From the IMG/VR virus record IMGVR_UViG_3300035670_000135, positions 1-64,000 of that record: a stretch of 64,000 nt of DNA, one strand, 5' to 3'. Shown here piece after piece: positions 49,377 to 58,782 of the stretch. Position numbers and translations under genes: made by a program. The notes beneath the pieces are model-generated. The model made no database searches, was not told where the DNA came from, and was given only the letters and a program-made list of their open reading frames with translations. The stretch is from an uncultured virus (IMG/VR IMGVR_UViG_3300035670_000135). Taxonomy: Duplodnaviria > Heunggongvirae > Uroviricota > Caudoviricetes. Position 1 is the first letter of the stretch; the number at the start of each line of letters is the position of its first letter.

Positions 49377-52300
49377 ATGAGTTTCATACATTTACACGTT
49401 CACAGCCATTACTCTGCAATGGATGGATTAAATTCACCAGAGGATTTGGTAAAGCAGGCTAAGATACTTGGCATGCCTGCAATCTCAATAACCGACCATG
49501 GAACATTATCGTCACATCGTGAAATACAAATTGCTTGTGACACGTATGGAGTAAAACCAATTCTTGGAGTAGAAGCCTATATCTCTCCAACAGATAGATT
49601 TGATAGATCATCATTTAAAGATAAAAGTATTCAAGCGTATAATCATATTATCCTTCTTGCAAAAAATAAGAAGGGGCTAGAAAATATAAATAAACTACAA
49701 GAGATAGCATGGACAGAAGGATTTTATTCTAAGCCACGTATCGATAGAGAGATATTAAATGAATACTCTGAAGGCATTATTGTTTTGTCTGGGTGCCTTA
49801 ATGGTATTGTAAGCAAAGCTATTGAAAAAGAAGAGTTCTCAGAAGCCAGAATTCTACTAAAGAATTTTAAGCAAACCTTTTTAGATGATTTTTATGTTGA
49901 GGTGCAATCTCACAATCCGCCGCAAATAAACGAAAAGCTTTTAGAATTAGCAGACGAATTAGGAATTAAGGCGGTGGCAACAGGGGATATCCACTATGCT
50001 AGAAAAGAAGATAAGCTTTTAGAAGAAGCCCTATTAATTATATCCACAAATCCAAAGGCAGACAAAGATGCCGATTTTGAAATGTCTCGTCAGATAAAAG
50101 ATATGTCAGATAGATTTGATTATTTATACCCTGACCGCCGTATGTCATTTAAGGGCATGAATCTATTTATGCAGACTCGTGAGGAAATTGAGGCGGACTT
50201 TAAAAAGGCTGGAATAAATAGAACTGATATATTTGATAATACCCTAGAGATAGCAGACAAGGTTAGCTCATATGACCTAAATCGTAACCTAGACCTCCTG
50301 CCAGTCCCAAAGACCAATGCTGATGAAAAGCTACGGGACCTAGCTGAAAAGGGCTTAGAAGGGCTAGGGAAGGCCTCAGATGAGGTCTATAGGGCTCGCC
50401 TAGAGGAAGAATTGCAGGTTATTAAGGATAAAAACTTTGCCTCATACTTTCTAATAGTTGCAGATATGATTAATTGGTCAAAGTCCCAAGGCATATTAGT
50501 TGGGCCAGGACGTGGTTCGGCAGCAGGATCGTTGGTCTGCTATACAATTGGAATTACAGATGTAGATCCAATTGAATATGGCCTCCTATTTTTTAGGTTC
50601 ATTAACCCAGATCGTAATGACTTTCCAGATATTGATACGGATTTTGAGGACCGCCGCCGTAAAGAAGTAAAAGATTATTTAAAAAAGAAATTCAAGCACG
50701 TTGCATCTATTTCTACATTTACTTATTTTAAGGATAAAGGTGTAGTTCGTGATGCTGCTCGTGCTTTTATGGTTCCGCTTTCTGATGTTAACCATGCATT
50801 AAAGTCTGTAGATACATTTGAAGAGTATGCTACTTCTCCAAATACAAAAGAGTTTAGAATGAAATATCCTGAAGTAACTTGGCTTGCAGAAAATTTACGT
50901 GGCAAGATAAGAAGTACAGGTATCCATGCTGCTGGAGTTGTGGTGGCAAAAGATGATATTAGAAATTATGGTCCAGTAGAAACTAGAGAAGACCGTGAAG
51001 ATAAGGCTTCTGGAAGAATTCCAGTAATTGCATATGACATGGACACGGTTGCAGATATTGGTCTAATTAAAATCGATGCCCTAGGACTTAAGTGCCTGTC
51101 CGTAATTGCAGACACATTAAATTCTATTAAGGAAAGAACTAGCAAAGAAATAAAACTGTCAGAGATAAGTCTTGATGATAAAGAAGTTTACAAGATGCTC
51201 ACAGAAGGATATACAAAAGGAGTATTCCAAGCAGAAGCAACCCCTTACACAAATTTATTAATTAAGATGGGGGCAAACGTATTTGAAGATCTGGTAGTCT
51301 CAAATGCCTTGGTCCGTCCAGGAGCTATGAATACAGTTGGAGCTTCTTACATAAAAAGAAAGCAAGGGGATGAGGCAGTAAATTATGTTCACCCCATAAT
51401 GGAAGAATTTACCAGAAATACTTATGGAGTTATTATATATCAAGAACAGGTTATGCAGGCTTGCGTACACCTAGGTGGAATGACTTGGTCTGAGGCAGAC
51501 AAGGTAAGAAAAATTATTGGAAAGAAAAAGGATGCAAAAGAATTCGACCAGTTCAAAGATAAATTTATTGAAGGTGCTTCAAAGCACATTTCTAAAAAAC
51601 AAGCAGAAAAACTTTGGCACGACTTTGAAGCACATGCTGGATACTCGTTCAATAGGTCTCACGCTGTTGCTTACTCTATGCTTTCTTATTATACCGCTTG
51701 GCTTAAGCTACATTATCCTTTGGAGTTTATTTTCGCAGCGCTCAAAAACGAAGGAGAAAAAGACACAAGAACCGAATACCTGATAGAAGCTAAAAGATTA
51801 GGATTAAAGGTTCAACTGCCACATATAAACGAGTCTGATGTATACTTTTCTTTACAGAAAGACTCTTTGCGATTTGGGTTGGCAGAAATTAAATTTATAT
51901 CAGACAGTATCGCAAACAAAATCATAGAAGGAAGACCATATGCAAACTATAAAGACTTTATTGAAAAAGCCTCAAAGAAAGGAAGCGGCATTAATAGTAG
52001 GGCTATTAGTTCTCTTAACGCTATTGGTGGCGCTGCCTTTCAGGATAATCCTAGGAGCGGTAAAGAAAAAGAAGGATACTACGAATACCTAGGCATACCT
52101 TCATTTGATATAAAGAATATTCCCCCAAGAGTTAAAGCTCAAGCCTTAACAATAGATCAATTTGATCCAATAGGATCCTTTGTAATGTTTGGAATGGTTA
52201 AGAGCATTAAGCGTGGCAAGGGTTGGGCACGAGTTGAATTAGTAGATGAGACTGGTGGCATAGGTTTATTCCATCATGAGCAAACTCAAATTGAAACAGG

Positions 52301-52646
52301 CAAGATGTATTTTATTCTTGTCGGAGACAATCGTATTGCTAGGTATGTTGATGTAAATGATATAAACCCAGACTCTAAAGATATATTTGTAGACTTCCTA
52401 TACCGCAAAGAATATGACCTTGCGGAAGACGAGAAGATTGTGGTAAACTTTACACCGTATCAGACGAAGGCTGGCAAGACAATGTCACACATTGTTATGT
52501 CTGATAAGGACAAAAATTTGACCAGAGCAATTGCATTTCCTTCTATGTATAAAATAACTTTAGCTAAAATGCGAGAGGGAATGAAATGTAAGCCAGTGCT
52601 ATCTAAATTAGATGACGGCACATTAATGATTAAGGAAATAAAATGA
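49377..52646 (+). CDS. dnaE: DNA polymerase III alpha subunit (family C)
   Basis: HLHVHSHYS PHP domain, GRGSAAGSL, PDIDTD, HAAGVV, KIDALGL, YQEQ, YSFNRSHA. Confidence 0.96.
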   Translation: MSFIHLHVHSHYSAMDGLNSPEDLVKQAKILGMPAISITDHGTLSSHREIQIACDTYGVKPILGVEAYISPTDRFDRSSFKDKSIQAYNHIILLAKNKKGLENINKLQEIAWTEGFYSKPRIDREILNEYSEGIIVLSGCLNGIVSKAIEKEEFSEARILLKNFKQTFLDDFYVEVQSHNPPQINEKLLELADELGIKAVATGDIHYARKEDKLLEEALLIISTNPKADKDADFEMSRQIKDMSDRFDYLYPDRRMSFKGMNLFMQTREEIEADFKKAGINRTDIFDNTLEIADKVSSYDLNRNLDLLPVPKTNADEKLRDLAEKGLEGLGKASDEVYRARLEEELQVIKDKNFASYFLIVADMINWSKSQGILVGPGRGSAAGSLVCYTIGITDVDPIEYGLLFFRFINPDRNDFPDIDTDFEDRRRKEVKDYLKKKFKHVASISTFTYFKDKGVVRDAARAFMVPLSDVNHALKSVDTFEEYATSPNTKEFRMKYPEVTWLAENLRGKIRSTGIHAAGVVVAKDDIRNYGPVETREDREDKASGRIPVIAYDMDTVADIGLIKIDALGLKCLSVIADTLNSIKERTSKEIKLSEISLDDKEVYKMLTEGYTKGVFQAEATPYTNLLIKMGANVFEDLVVSNALVRPGAMNTVGASYIKRKQGDEAVNYVHPIMEEFTRNTYGVIIYQEQVMQACVHLGGMTWSEADKVRKIIGKKKDAKEFDQFKDKFIEGASKHISKKQAEKLWHDFEAHAGYSFNRSHAVAYSMLSYYTAWLKLHYPLEFIFAALKNEGEKDTRTEYLIEAKRLGLKVQLPHINESDVYFSLQKDSLRFGLAEIKFISDSIANKIIEGRPYANYKDFIEKASKKGSGINSRAISSLNAIGGAAFQDNPRSGKEKEGYYEYLGIPSFDIKNIPPRVKAQALTIDQFDPIGSFVMFGMVKSIKRGKGWARVELVDETGGIGLFHHEQTQIETGKMYFILVGDNRIARYVDVNDINPDSKDIFVDFLYRKEYDLAEDEKIVVNFTPYQTKAGKTMSHIVMSDKDKNLTRAIAFPSMYKITLAKMREGMKCKPVLSKLDDGTLMIKEIK

Positions 52647-52831
52647 CCGAAGATATAGTTCAGTCTATGAGCCTAAATAAAATATTGGTAGCATTACTTG
52701 AAGAGCACGGCACCCTATCGGTTCCGACCACTAGATTTGTAAATGCCGCTAATGAAGATAAAGAGTTGGTCGTAGAATATGATGATCAGGATTTATCTTT
52801 TAAATTTAGTTTAAGAGGAAAAGATGAATAG
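52643..52831 (+). CDS. Hypothetical protein
   Basis: 62 aa; ATGA overlap. Confidence 0.65.
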   Translation: MTEDIVQSMSLNKILVALLEEHGTLSVPTTRFVNAANEDKELVVEYDDQDLSFKFSLRGKDE

Positions 52832-53171
52832 CGAAGATATTCTTACCCAATATGGACTCGATGCCCTCTCTGCAGTTTTACATGAAACTGCAAAAGAAAA
52901 AGGATTTTGGGATGGCGAGTATACCAATGACAAAATTGGAAATAAATTAGCTCTGGTGCATTCAGAAGTCACTGAGGTATTGGAAGCAATAAGAAAAAAG
53001 CAGGGCTCAGAAAAAATTGTTGAAGAAATAGCAGATACAATAATTAGATTATTAGATGTATATGCAGCAATGAGAAATGAAGAGGCGGTCTTGCATAGCC
53101 TAGATGATGTCCTTCACCAAAAAATAGAAATAAATAAACAGCGTCCACCCCTTCACGGGAACCTGTTCTAA
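52824..53171 (+). CDS. MazG-like NTP pyrophosphohydrolase
   Basis: LVHSEVTEVLEA...EEIADTIIRLLD. Confidence 0.85.
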   Translation: MNSEDILTQYGLDALSAVLHETAKEKGFWDGEYTNDKIGNKLALVHSEVTEVLEAIRKKQGSEKIVEEIADTIIRLLDVYAAMRNEEAVLHSLDDVLHQKIEINKQRPPLHGNLF

Positions 53172-53204
53172 ATGCTATAATAGTAGAGAGAAGAAAGATA
53201 AATA

Positions 53205-54209
53205 ATGACAATTGTCCTAGATGACATATTAGCAAAGCTAGACCCTAAAACAAGATCAAGAGTTCAGTCTGCAGTAGATGTGCAGGTTGAAAAACAACTT
53301 ACTCCAAGTATTGGTTTAAACAAAGCCCTAAAAGGCGGATTTGGATTTGGTAGACAAGTCTTAGTTTGGGGAAACAAGTCTGCTGGAAAGTCTTCCTTCT
53401 GTCTACAAATGATAGCGGAAGCACAGAAGAATGGAAAAACATGTGCCTGGATTGATGCAGAAGCATCTTATGATCAATCGTGGGCAGAAAAACTAGGAGT
53501 AGATTCATCAGAATTGATTTACTCATCAGCAAAAACTATTAATGACATGGTAGATGTTGCTACACAATTAATGGAAGCAGAAGTAGATATTATTGTAGTT
53601 GATTCTATATCCGCTCTTCTTCCCGCCATCTATTTTGAAAAAGATAGCTCAGAACTCAAGAAGCTTGAGGATACAAAACAAATCGGCGCAGAAGCAAAGG
53701 ATATGACCCACGCAGTCAAAATGTTAAACTATGCAAACAAAAATACATTACTTGTTCTCATTTCACAACAAAGAAACCAATTTGGATCTATGCATGCTAG
53801 CCACATACCCACGGGCGGAATGGCAGTTAAATTCTTTTCCTCTACAGTTGTTAAGCTCTGGTCTTCAGAAGCCGAAGCTAATGCTATTAAAGCTGGTGTT
53901 GCGGTTGGTGACAAAATTATTGAACAAAGAGTTGGCAGACCAGTCAATTGGATTATTGATTACAACAAGCTCGGTCCCCCAAATCTATCGGGACAATATG
54001 ACTTCTACTACCAAGGAGAGTCTGTAGGAATAGATTCCGTTGGAGAAACTTTAGATGTCGCTGAAATGTATGGCCTTGTAGAAAAAGGCGGTGCATGGTA
54101 TACGATAGAAAAAGAACGGCTACAAGGAAGAGCAAAGGCTGTTCAATATCTACGTGACAATCCAAAAGTCGTAGAGAAATTGACAGAGAAAATCAATGCC
54201 AAATCTTAA
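53205..54209 (+). CDS. recA: RecA/UvsX-like recombinase
   Basis: GNKSAGKS, WIDAE, IVVDS, TGGMAVKF, KGGAWY. Confidence 0.93.
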   Translation: MTIVLDDILAKLDPKTRSRVQSAVDVQVEKQLTPSIGLNKALKGGFGFGRQVLVWGNKSAGKSSFCLQMIAEAQKNGKTCAWIDAEASYDQSWAEKLGVDSSELIYSSAKTINDMVDVATQLMEAEVDIIVVDSISALLPAIYFEKDSSELKKLEDTKQIGAEAKDMTHAVKMLNYANKNTLLVLISQQRNQFGSMHASHIPTGGMAVKFFSSTVVKLWSSEAEANAIKAGVAVGDKIIEQRVGRPVNWIIDYNKLGPPNLSGQYDFYYQGESVGIDSVGETLDVAEMYGLVEKGGAWYTIEKERLQGRAKAVQYLRDNPKVVEKLTEKINAKS

Positions 54210-54378
54210 TGAATTTATTAGCAAAAAGCCAGAAGATCCTAATCTTCAAAAAGTTGAAGAGCCTAGACCGTGTGCTTCCTGCAATAAGGATTCAGAATTT
54301 TACTATTGGAATGAGGCTTCTATGGAGATGACTTGGACCTGCCCAGACAATCATAAAAATTCTTATAGGATTAACTAA
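54196..54378 (+). CDS. Small Zn-binding protein
   Basis: CASC...CPDNH. Confidence 0.65.
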   Translation: MPNLNEFISKKPEDPNLQKVEEPRPCASCNKDSEFYYWNEASMEMTWTCPDNHKNSYRIN

Positions 54379-54677
54379 TGTCAGAAAGATCTGAAGCTAA
54401 GCGTGACGGAGCTAAACAACAAAAGAATAGTGGCAGGGGGGATTACCAAAAAGGTGATGCTATCTGGAATAAGTTTGTTGTGGACTATAAAGAGTCTAAG
54501 AAGTCTGTTGCTCTTTCAAAAGAAATGTGGGCAAAGGTTTGTACCGACACATTTAAGGTTAACAGATCAATGCATCCAGTTTTAAAATTAATTATAGGCG
54601 AGGGAAATAGCAAGACAAGATTGGCAGTAATAGAATGGTCTTTACTGGAACAGTTAATAGAAGGAGAATCCAAATGA
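54378..54677 (+). CDS. PD-(D/E)XK Holliday-junction-resolvase-like nuclease
   Basis: SE...NSG...KGDA...VVDYK pattern. Confidence 0.7.
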   Translation: MSERSEAKRDGAKQQKNSGRGDYQKGDAIWNKFVVDYKESKKSVALSKEMWAKVCTDTFKVNRSMHPVLKLIIGEGNSKTRLAVIEWSLLEQLIEGESK

Positions 54678-54829
54678 AAGAAATTTTAATGACAACATTT
54701 GTAGGTGCTATGGTTGGAGGCATATTTAGTTTATTTAAATTGCCTATCCCTGCGCCACCAGTATTTGCTGGGCTTATGGGAATCGTAGGTCTTTGGATTG
54801 GCTATGCTCTAGTGACTAGGTTTATCTGA
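54674..54829 (+). CDS. XapX/DUF1427-like small membrane protein
   Basis: GGIFSLFKLPIPAPPVFAGLMGIVGLWIGY; start ATG 54674 after AAGGAG. Confidence 0.8.
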   Translation: MKEILMTTFVGAMVGGIFSLFKLPIPAPPVFAGLMGIVGLWIGYALVTRFI

Positions 54830-54939
54830 TGGAACTATTCATGCTTGGTATGACAATAGGTCTTGCATTTGGATACTCTCTAGGATTATTTATTGATAAG
54901 TTAGACAAAAAGGAGAAAGCTAAAAATGTCGGAAGATAA
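54829..54939 (+). CDS. 36-aa single-TM membrane protein (not in ORF track)
   Basis: MELFMLGMTIGLAFGYSLGLFIDKLDKKEKAKNVGR; TGATG coupling. Confidence 0.6.
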   Translation: MELFMLGMTIGLAFGYSLGLFIDKLDKKEKAKNVGR

Positions 54940-55264
54940 AAATTCTTTACAGCTAATTAGCGATATTACAGAGTTCAATGATCTTCATGAGTATATGAAA
55001 GATCAGCATTTGGATAAAGCCTTGGCTATCACAGTTAAACTGCTTATGAGCCCTGATGTTCCACCTGCCAAAGCTCCAAGCCTTATTATAGAACTTCAAG
55101 CCCTATCTACAAAGTTTTCTATGCTTGCTGCGGTATACTCTACTATAGCAAAAGATAAAGCTGGCACAATTAACAACAACAAAAAGAATGTATATTATTC
55201 AGCAAAGGAGTCGATAGATAAACTTGTAGACGCACTCAAGTATATCGTTCGTTATAATGGCTAG
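54926..55264 (+). CDS. Hypothetical helical protein
   Basis: SD AAGGAG; 112 aa. Confidence 0.7.
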   Translation: MSEDKNSLQLISDITEFNDLHEYMKDQHLDKALAITVKLLMSPDVPPAKAPSLIIELQALSTKFSMLAAVYSTIAKDKAGTINNNKKNVYYSAKESIDKLVDALKYIVRYNG

Positions 55265-56039
55265 AGAAATTGTAAAGAATTTAAAATTTAAAAAGTATGA
55301 AGGCAAGTTTGATCCAAAAGAATTTGCCAAGATGCTAGATGATGCATACCTTGCCACAAAGCGGGCAGATGGTGACATGACAAAGTATACTTTTAGCCCA
55401 AGTAGTTTTGGCTATGGTCATGGCAATTGTCCAAGATACTGGTATATGGCATTTAGTGGAGCTAACTTTGTAGATAATAATGATGCACAGGCAGTTGCCA
55501 ATATGGCTAACGGAACCTTGGCTCACGAAAGAATACAAAATTTAATTCATAAAATGGGCGGGCCAATAAAATCAGTAGAAACAGAAATTGAAATAAAGAA
55601 CGAGTATCCACCTATCAGAGGATTCATAGATCTTTTAATTAACTGGGATGATGAGAATGTAATTGGAGAAATCAAGACGGCTAAGCAAGAAGTTTGGGAT
55701 GTAAGGCAGGCAGAGATGGCCCCTTCAGCAAATCACCTTCTTCAGCTTTTAACATATATGAAGCTAAAAGATGTCAAGGAAGCATTCTTTCTTTATGAGA
55801 ATAAAAATACTCAAGAGCTTCTTATCATACCAGTTCAAATGAATGCCAAGAACAAAGAGATAATTGAAGAGTTGTTTTTATGGTTATGCGAAGTATATGA
55901 CAATTTTAAAGATGGGGATATTCCACTTAGGCCATTTGAAAAAACAAGTTATGCATGCAAGGGTTGTCCAATTAAAAAAGAGTGCTGGAAGGGCGAGACT
56001 GGCACGGTACAGATAGAAGCATACAAGGTTACCAAGTAA
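55257..56039 (+). CDS. Cas4-like PD-(D/E)XK exonuclease
   Basis: CPRYW, GTLAHE, RGFID, EIKT, QLLTY and C-terminal CKGCPIKKEC Fe-S cysteines. Confidence 0.88.
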   Translation: MAREIVKNLKFKKYEGKFDPKEFAKMLDDAYLATKRADGDMTKYTFSPSSFGYGHGNCPRYWYMAFSGANFVDNNDAQAVANMANGTLAHERIQNLIHKMGGPIKSVETEIEIKNEYPPIRGFIDLLINWDDENVIGEIKTAKQEVWDVRQAEMAPSANHLLQLLTYMKLKDVKEAFFLYENKNTQELLIIPVQMNAKNKEIIEELFLWLCEVYDNFKDGDIPLRPFEKTSYACKGCPIKKECWKGETGTVQIEAYKVTK

Positions 56040-56323
56040 TGATTTGTGCAAATAAAGAATGCCCAAATGGCAAAGAGTTTACTCCCAAAACACATAATCA
56101 AAAGTATTGCTCAGATGAATGCTGCCGAATTGCCACAAATAGAAGAATCATGGAAAAGTATTATGAGAAGAAAGCAATTAGGAGTGGGGCAAAAAGATCA
56201 TGCGTTAAATGTAATTCCAGGTTAAGCAGATATAATGAATCTAATATTTGTGCGGCATGTCAAAAGAAAGTAGACATTTCTCAGAAGTCCAAACTATTAA
56301 GGATGATAGATGAAATTAACTGA
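56039..56323 (+). CDS. Cys-rich zinc-finger protein
   Basis: CANKEC, YCSDECC, CVKC, CAAC; TAATG start at 56039. Confidence 0.75.
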   Translation: MICANKECPNGKEFTPKTHNQKYCSDECCRIATNRRIMEKYYEKKAIRSGAKRSCVKCNSRLSRYNESNICAACQKKVDISQKSKLLRMIDEIN

Positions 56324-56876
56324 TTTAATTAAGACTAAGGCAAATAGAGTATTGGGGATAGATGCCTCTACTAATTCCGTCGCATTTTGTTTAATGGAAG
56401 ATGACAAGCCAGTCAAATGGGGAAAGATAGAATTAACTGGGGCTAATATATATGAAAAGATATATGATGCTAAAGTTAAAACTTCTGTGATGCTAGATGA
56501 ATTAAAGAGTGATTATATTGCTGTAGAAGGAGCAATCCTTGTCAGATCCCCAGATGCCGTGATAAAATTATCCTATGTATATGGTGTCGTTATCGCTGAG
56601 CTTATGTCTACTGGCGCTTCCGTTATTACTATATCCCCTAGTTCTTGGCAGGCATATATCGGAAATAAGAACCCAACCAAAGAAGAAAAGGCGGCTATTA
56701 GAGTAAACAATCCAGGATATGCAGACTCTTGGTATAAAACTCAGCTACGTAATATGCGTAAACAAAGAACAGTTGACTACTTCAACAACAAATACAATCT
56801 TTCATTAACAGACTACGATGTAGCAGATTCATTTGGAATTGCTCATTATGCTAATAAGGTATTAACGGAACGATGA
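56310..56876 (+). CDS. ruvC: RuvC-like Holliday junction resolvase
   Basis: VLGIDAS, IAVE and DVADSFGIA RNase H-fold motifs. Confidence 0.85.
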   Translation: MKLTDLIKTKANRVLGIDASTNSVAFCLMEDDKPVKWGKIELTGANIYEKIYDAKVKTSVMLDELKSDYIAVEGAILVRSPDAVIKLSYVYGVVIAELMSTGASVITISPSSWQAYIGNKNPTKEEKAAIRVNNPGYADSWYKTQLRNMRKQRTVDYFNNKYNLSLTDYDVADSFGIAHYANKVLTER

Positions 56877-57013
56877 AATTATACAAGAGTAAAGACTGGT
56901 TGTATAGACGTTATGTAGTTCAGCGTAAGACTATGGAAGAGATTGCAAAAGAATGTGGCGTTACGGTAATGACCATATACAGAGCATTGAAAGATAATGG
57001 ACTAATCAAATGA
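56873..57013 (+). CDS. 46-aa HTH DNA-binding protein (not in ORF track)
   Basis: MKLYKSKDWLYRRYVVQRKTMEEIAKECGVTVMTIYRALKDNGLIK; ATGA overlaps at both ends. Confidence 0.8.
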   Translation: MKLYKSKDWLYRRYVVQRKTMEEIAKECGVTVMTIYRALKDNGLIK

Positions 57014-57765
57014 TAGAAAAAAATATATGGCAAACATATGAAACAAATTATGATGCGCTGCCAGACTATGCTAAAAAGAGTATAGGCACATGGACTGCAA
57101 ATAACCCCGACTGGAAGCATGGATATATGAGCGGCCTAGATAGAGAAGAGTTTTTTAAGAATAATTTTGATTCTAAAATAGCAGACACATATATCAATCT
57201 TCCACTAGGTGTTATGAAGGCTGGACTTTGGAGATTTGCGATTCTTTATATCTATGGAGGAATTTATGCCGACATGGATACTCACTGCAAGGTCCCAGTA
57301 GATACATGGCTTAATCAAGATTACGATATGATTCTTGATATAGAGCGGGACACCCCATGGCTTGCTACACAAACAATTGCGGCTAAAGCGGGACATCCTC
57401 TACTTAAAGCAGCTATAGACCTATGTGTTGAACGAGTTGGAGACGGAATTATTCAGCATAACCATATGGTTCATTATTATACTGATGTTCAAATGTTCAC
57501 AGATGCTTTATATCGTGAACTTGGAGTAGAGCCTTATCAAAAACATATTAATGAATGGGCGCCAGAACTTATTGAAATGCCATATCTAAAAGAAAATAAA
57601 GTTTATATTTTTCACGGCGAGAATGCAAAGCGCCTATTGGATAAAGATGTTGTTCACCTGTATTGGGGAGATGATAGAGAAGAAGGATGGATTGCATGGA
57701 AAAAGGATCCAATGGTCAATCAGTCTTACCCAAACGGCTTCAATCCTCATGATTGGGAAAAATAA
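57010..57765 (+). CDS. Glycosyltransferase, GT32/OCH1-like (DXD)
   Basis: IEKNIWQT...KAGLWRFAILYIYGGIYADMD...AKAGHPLL. Confidence 0.88.
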   Translation: MIEKNIWQTYETNYDALPDYAKKSIGTWTANNPDWKHGYMSGLDREEFFKNNFDSKIADTYINLPLGVMKAGLWRFAILYIYGGIYADMDTHCKVPVDTWLNQDYDMILDIERDTPWLATQTIAAKAGHPLLKAAIDLCVERVGDGIIQHNHMVHYYTDVQMFTDALYRELGVEPYQKHINEWAPELIEMPYLKENKVYIFHGENAKRLLDKDVVHLYWGDDREEGWIAWKKDPMVNQSYPNGFNPHDWEK

Positions 57766-58433
57766 TGCATAGAATAGGTGTATTGCCTGCTTCTGGAAAA
57801 GCGTCAAGAATTGGAGGCATCCCAAAGTTTTGTCTACCAATATCAGATGAAAGATCTTTGTTGCAATGGCATGTAGAGCAAATGCTTGAAGTTTGCGATG
57901 AAGTACGTGTAGCTACAAGACCAGAGTGGGTTCCAATTGTACAAAATATGGATATGAACATTAAGTTAATTGTTCGTGAGCCATCAACAATGTCTGATGC
58001 AATTAAATTTATGATTGGCGAATATAATGACACAGTATTTGTTGGAATGCCAGATACATATATTTTAAATGCTACAGGCAATATATATAAAGAAATGATG
58101 AAAGAAGATAAGGCTGATTTAGTTCTTGGCATATGGGAATGTGGTGATGAATTAAAAGGCAGGGTCGGACAGGTTAAAGTTTCTGATGGCAGGGTAATTG
58201 CATCTGAAGATAAGGTAGATAATTGTGACTACCCAGATATGTGGGGGACTATGCTATTCCGAAAAAATATGATAAGATACCTAGATCCTAAATTAGACCA
58301 TCCAGGAAAACAATTAAAGGAATGGATATCTGAAAGCACAAATATTAGGGCGGTAAGACCAGGCGGACGATATATGGATATTGGAACGCTAAGAGGACTA
58401 AAGAATTTATATAAGGAGATGGATAATGCTTGA
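57765..58433 (+). CDS. Sugar-phosphate nucleotidyltransferase (NTP_transferase/RmlA-like)
   Basis: GVLPASGKASRIGGIPKFCLPI, EDK and YMDIGT motifs. Confidence 0.85.
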   Translation: MHRIGVLPASGKASRIGGIPKFCLPISDERSLLQWHVEQMLEVCDEVRVATRPEWVPIVQNMDMNIKLIVREPSTMSDAIKFMIGEYNDTVFVGMPDTYILNATGNIYKEMMKEDKADLVLGIWECGDELKGRVGQVKVSDGRVIASEDKVDNCDYPDMWGTMLFRKNMIRYLDPKLDHPGKQLKEWISESTNIRAVRPGGRYMDIGTLRGLKNLYKEMDNA

Positions 58434-58749
58434 ACCAGTTTTCCCAGACTCACCACAGTTTAAATGTGAAGATTTATATTTATTAACTGTAGGCACAGAA
58501 GCAGGCAAAGAGATATTTGAAACCTGCCATGAAATTGCACACATGCTAGTCAAGAAGAATATTGCCTACGGCAATTCAGCCCTAGACCCTGTGCGTATAT
58601 TTTCGAAGGCGGGACCAAGAGAACAGCTCCATGTCAGAATTGACGATAAATTAAATAGATTAATGAAAGGCACCGAATATCCAGGCGATAATGATATCGA
58701 TGATTTAATTGGATATTTAATATTACTAAAAGTCGCTAAATCCATTTGA
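58426..58749 (+). CDS. DUF1599-like (nucleotide-modification-associated) protein
   Basis: KKNIAYGNS...RIDDKLNRL...DDLIGY. Confidence 0.75.
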   Translation: MLEPVFPDSPQFKCEDLYLLTVGTEAGKEIFETCHEIAHMLVKKNIAYGNSALDPVRIFSKAGPREQLHVRIDDKLNRLMKGTEYPGDNDIDDLIGYLILLKVAKSI

Positions 58750-58774
58750 TATTTTAGTTGACTAAGAGTACAAT
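58746..58774 (+). promoter_or_regulatory. Terminase promoter (leaderless)
   Basis: TTGATA-17 nt-TACAAT; ATG 8 nt downstream. Confidence 0.65.
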
Positions 58775-58782
58775 GGTTACAT

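Noticed and set aside
55257..56039. Cas4-like gene as part of a CRISPR-Cas system
   Set aside because: No repeat-spacer array or other cas genes; solo Cas4-like nucleases are common in phage recombination modules.
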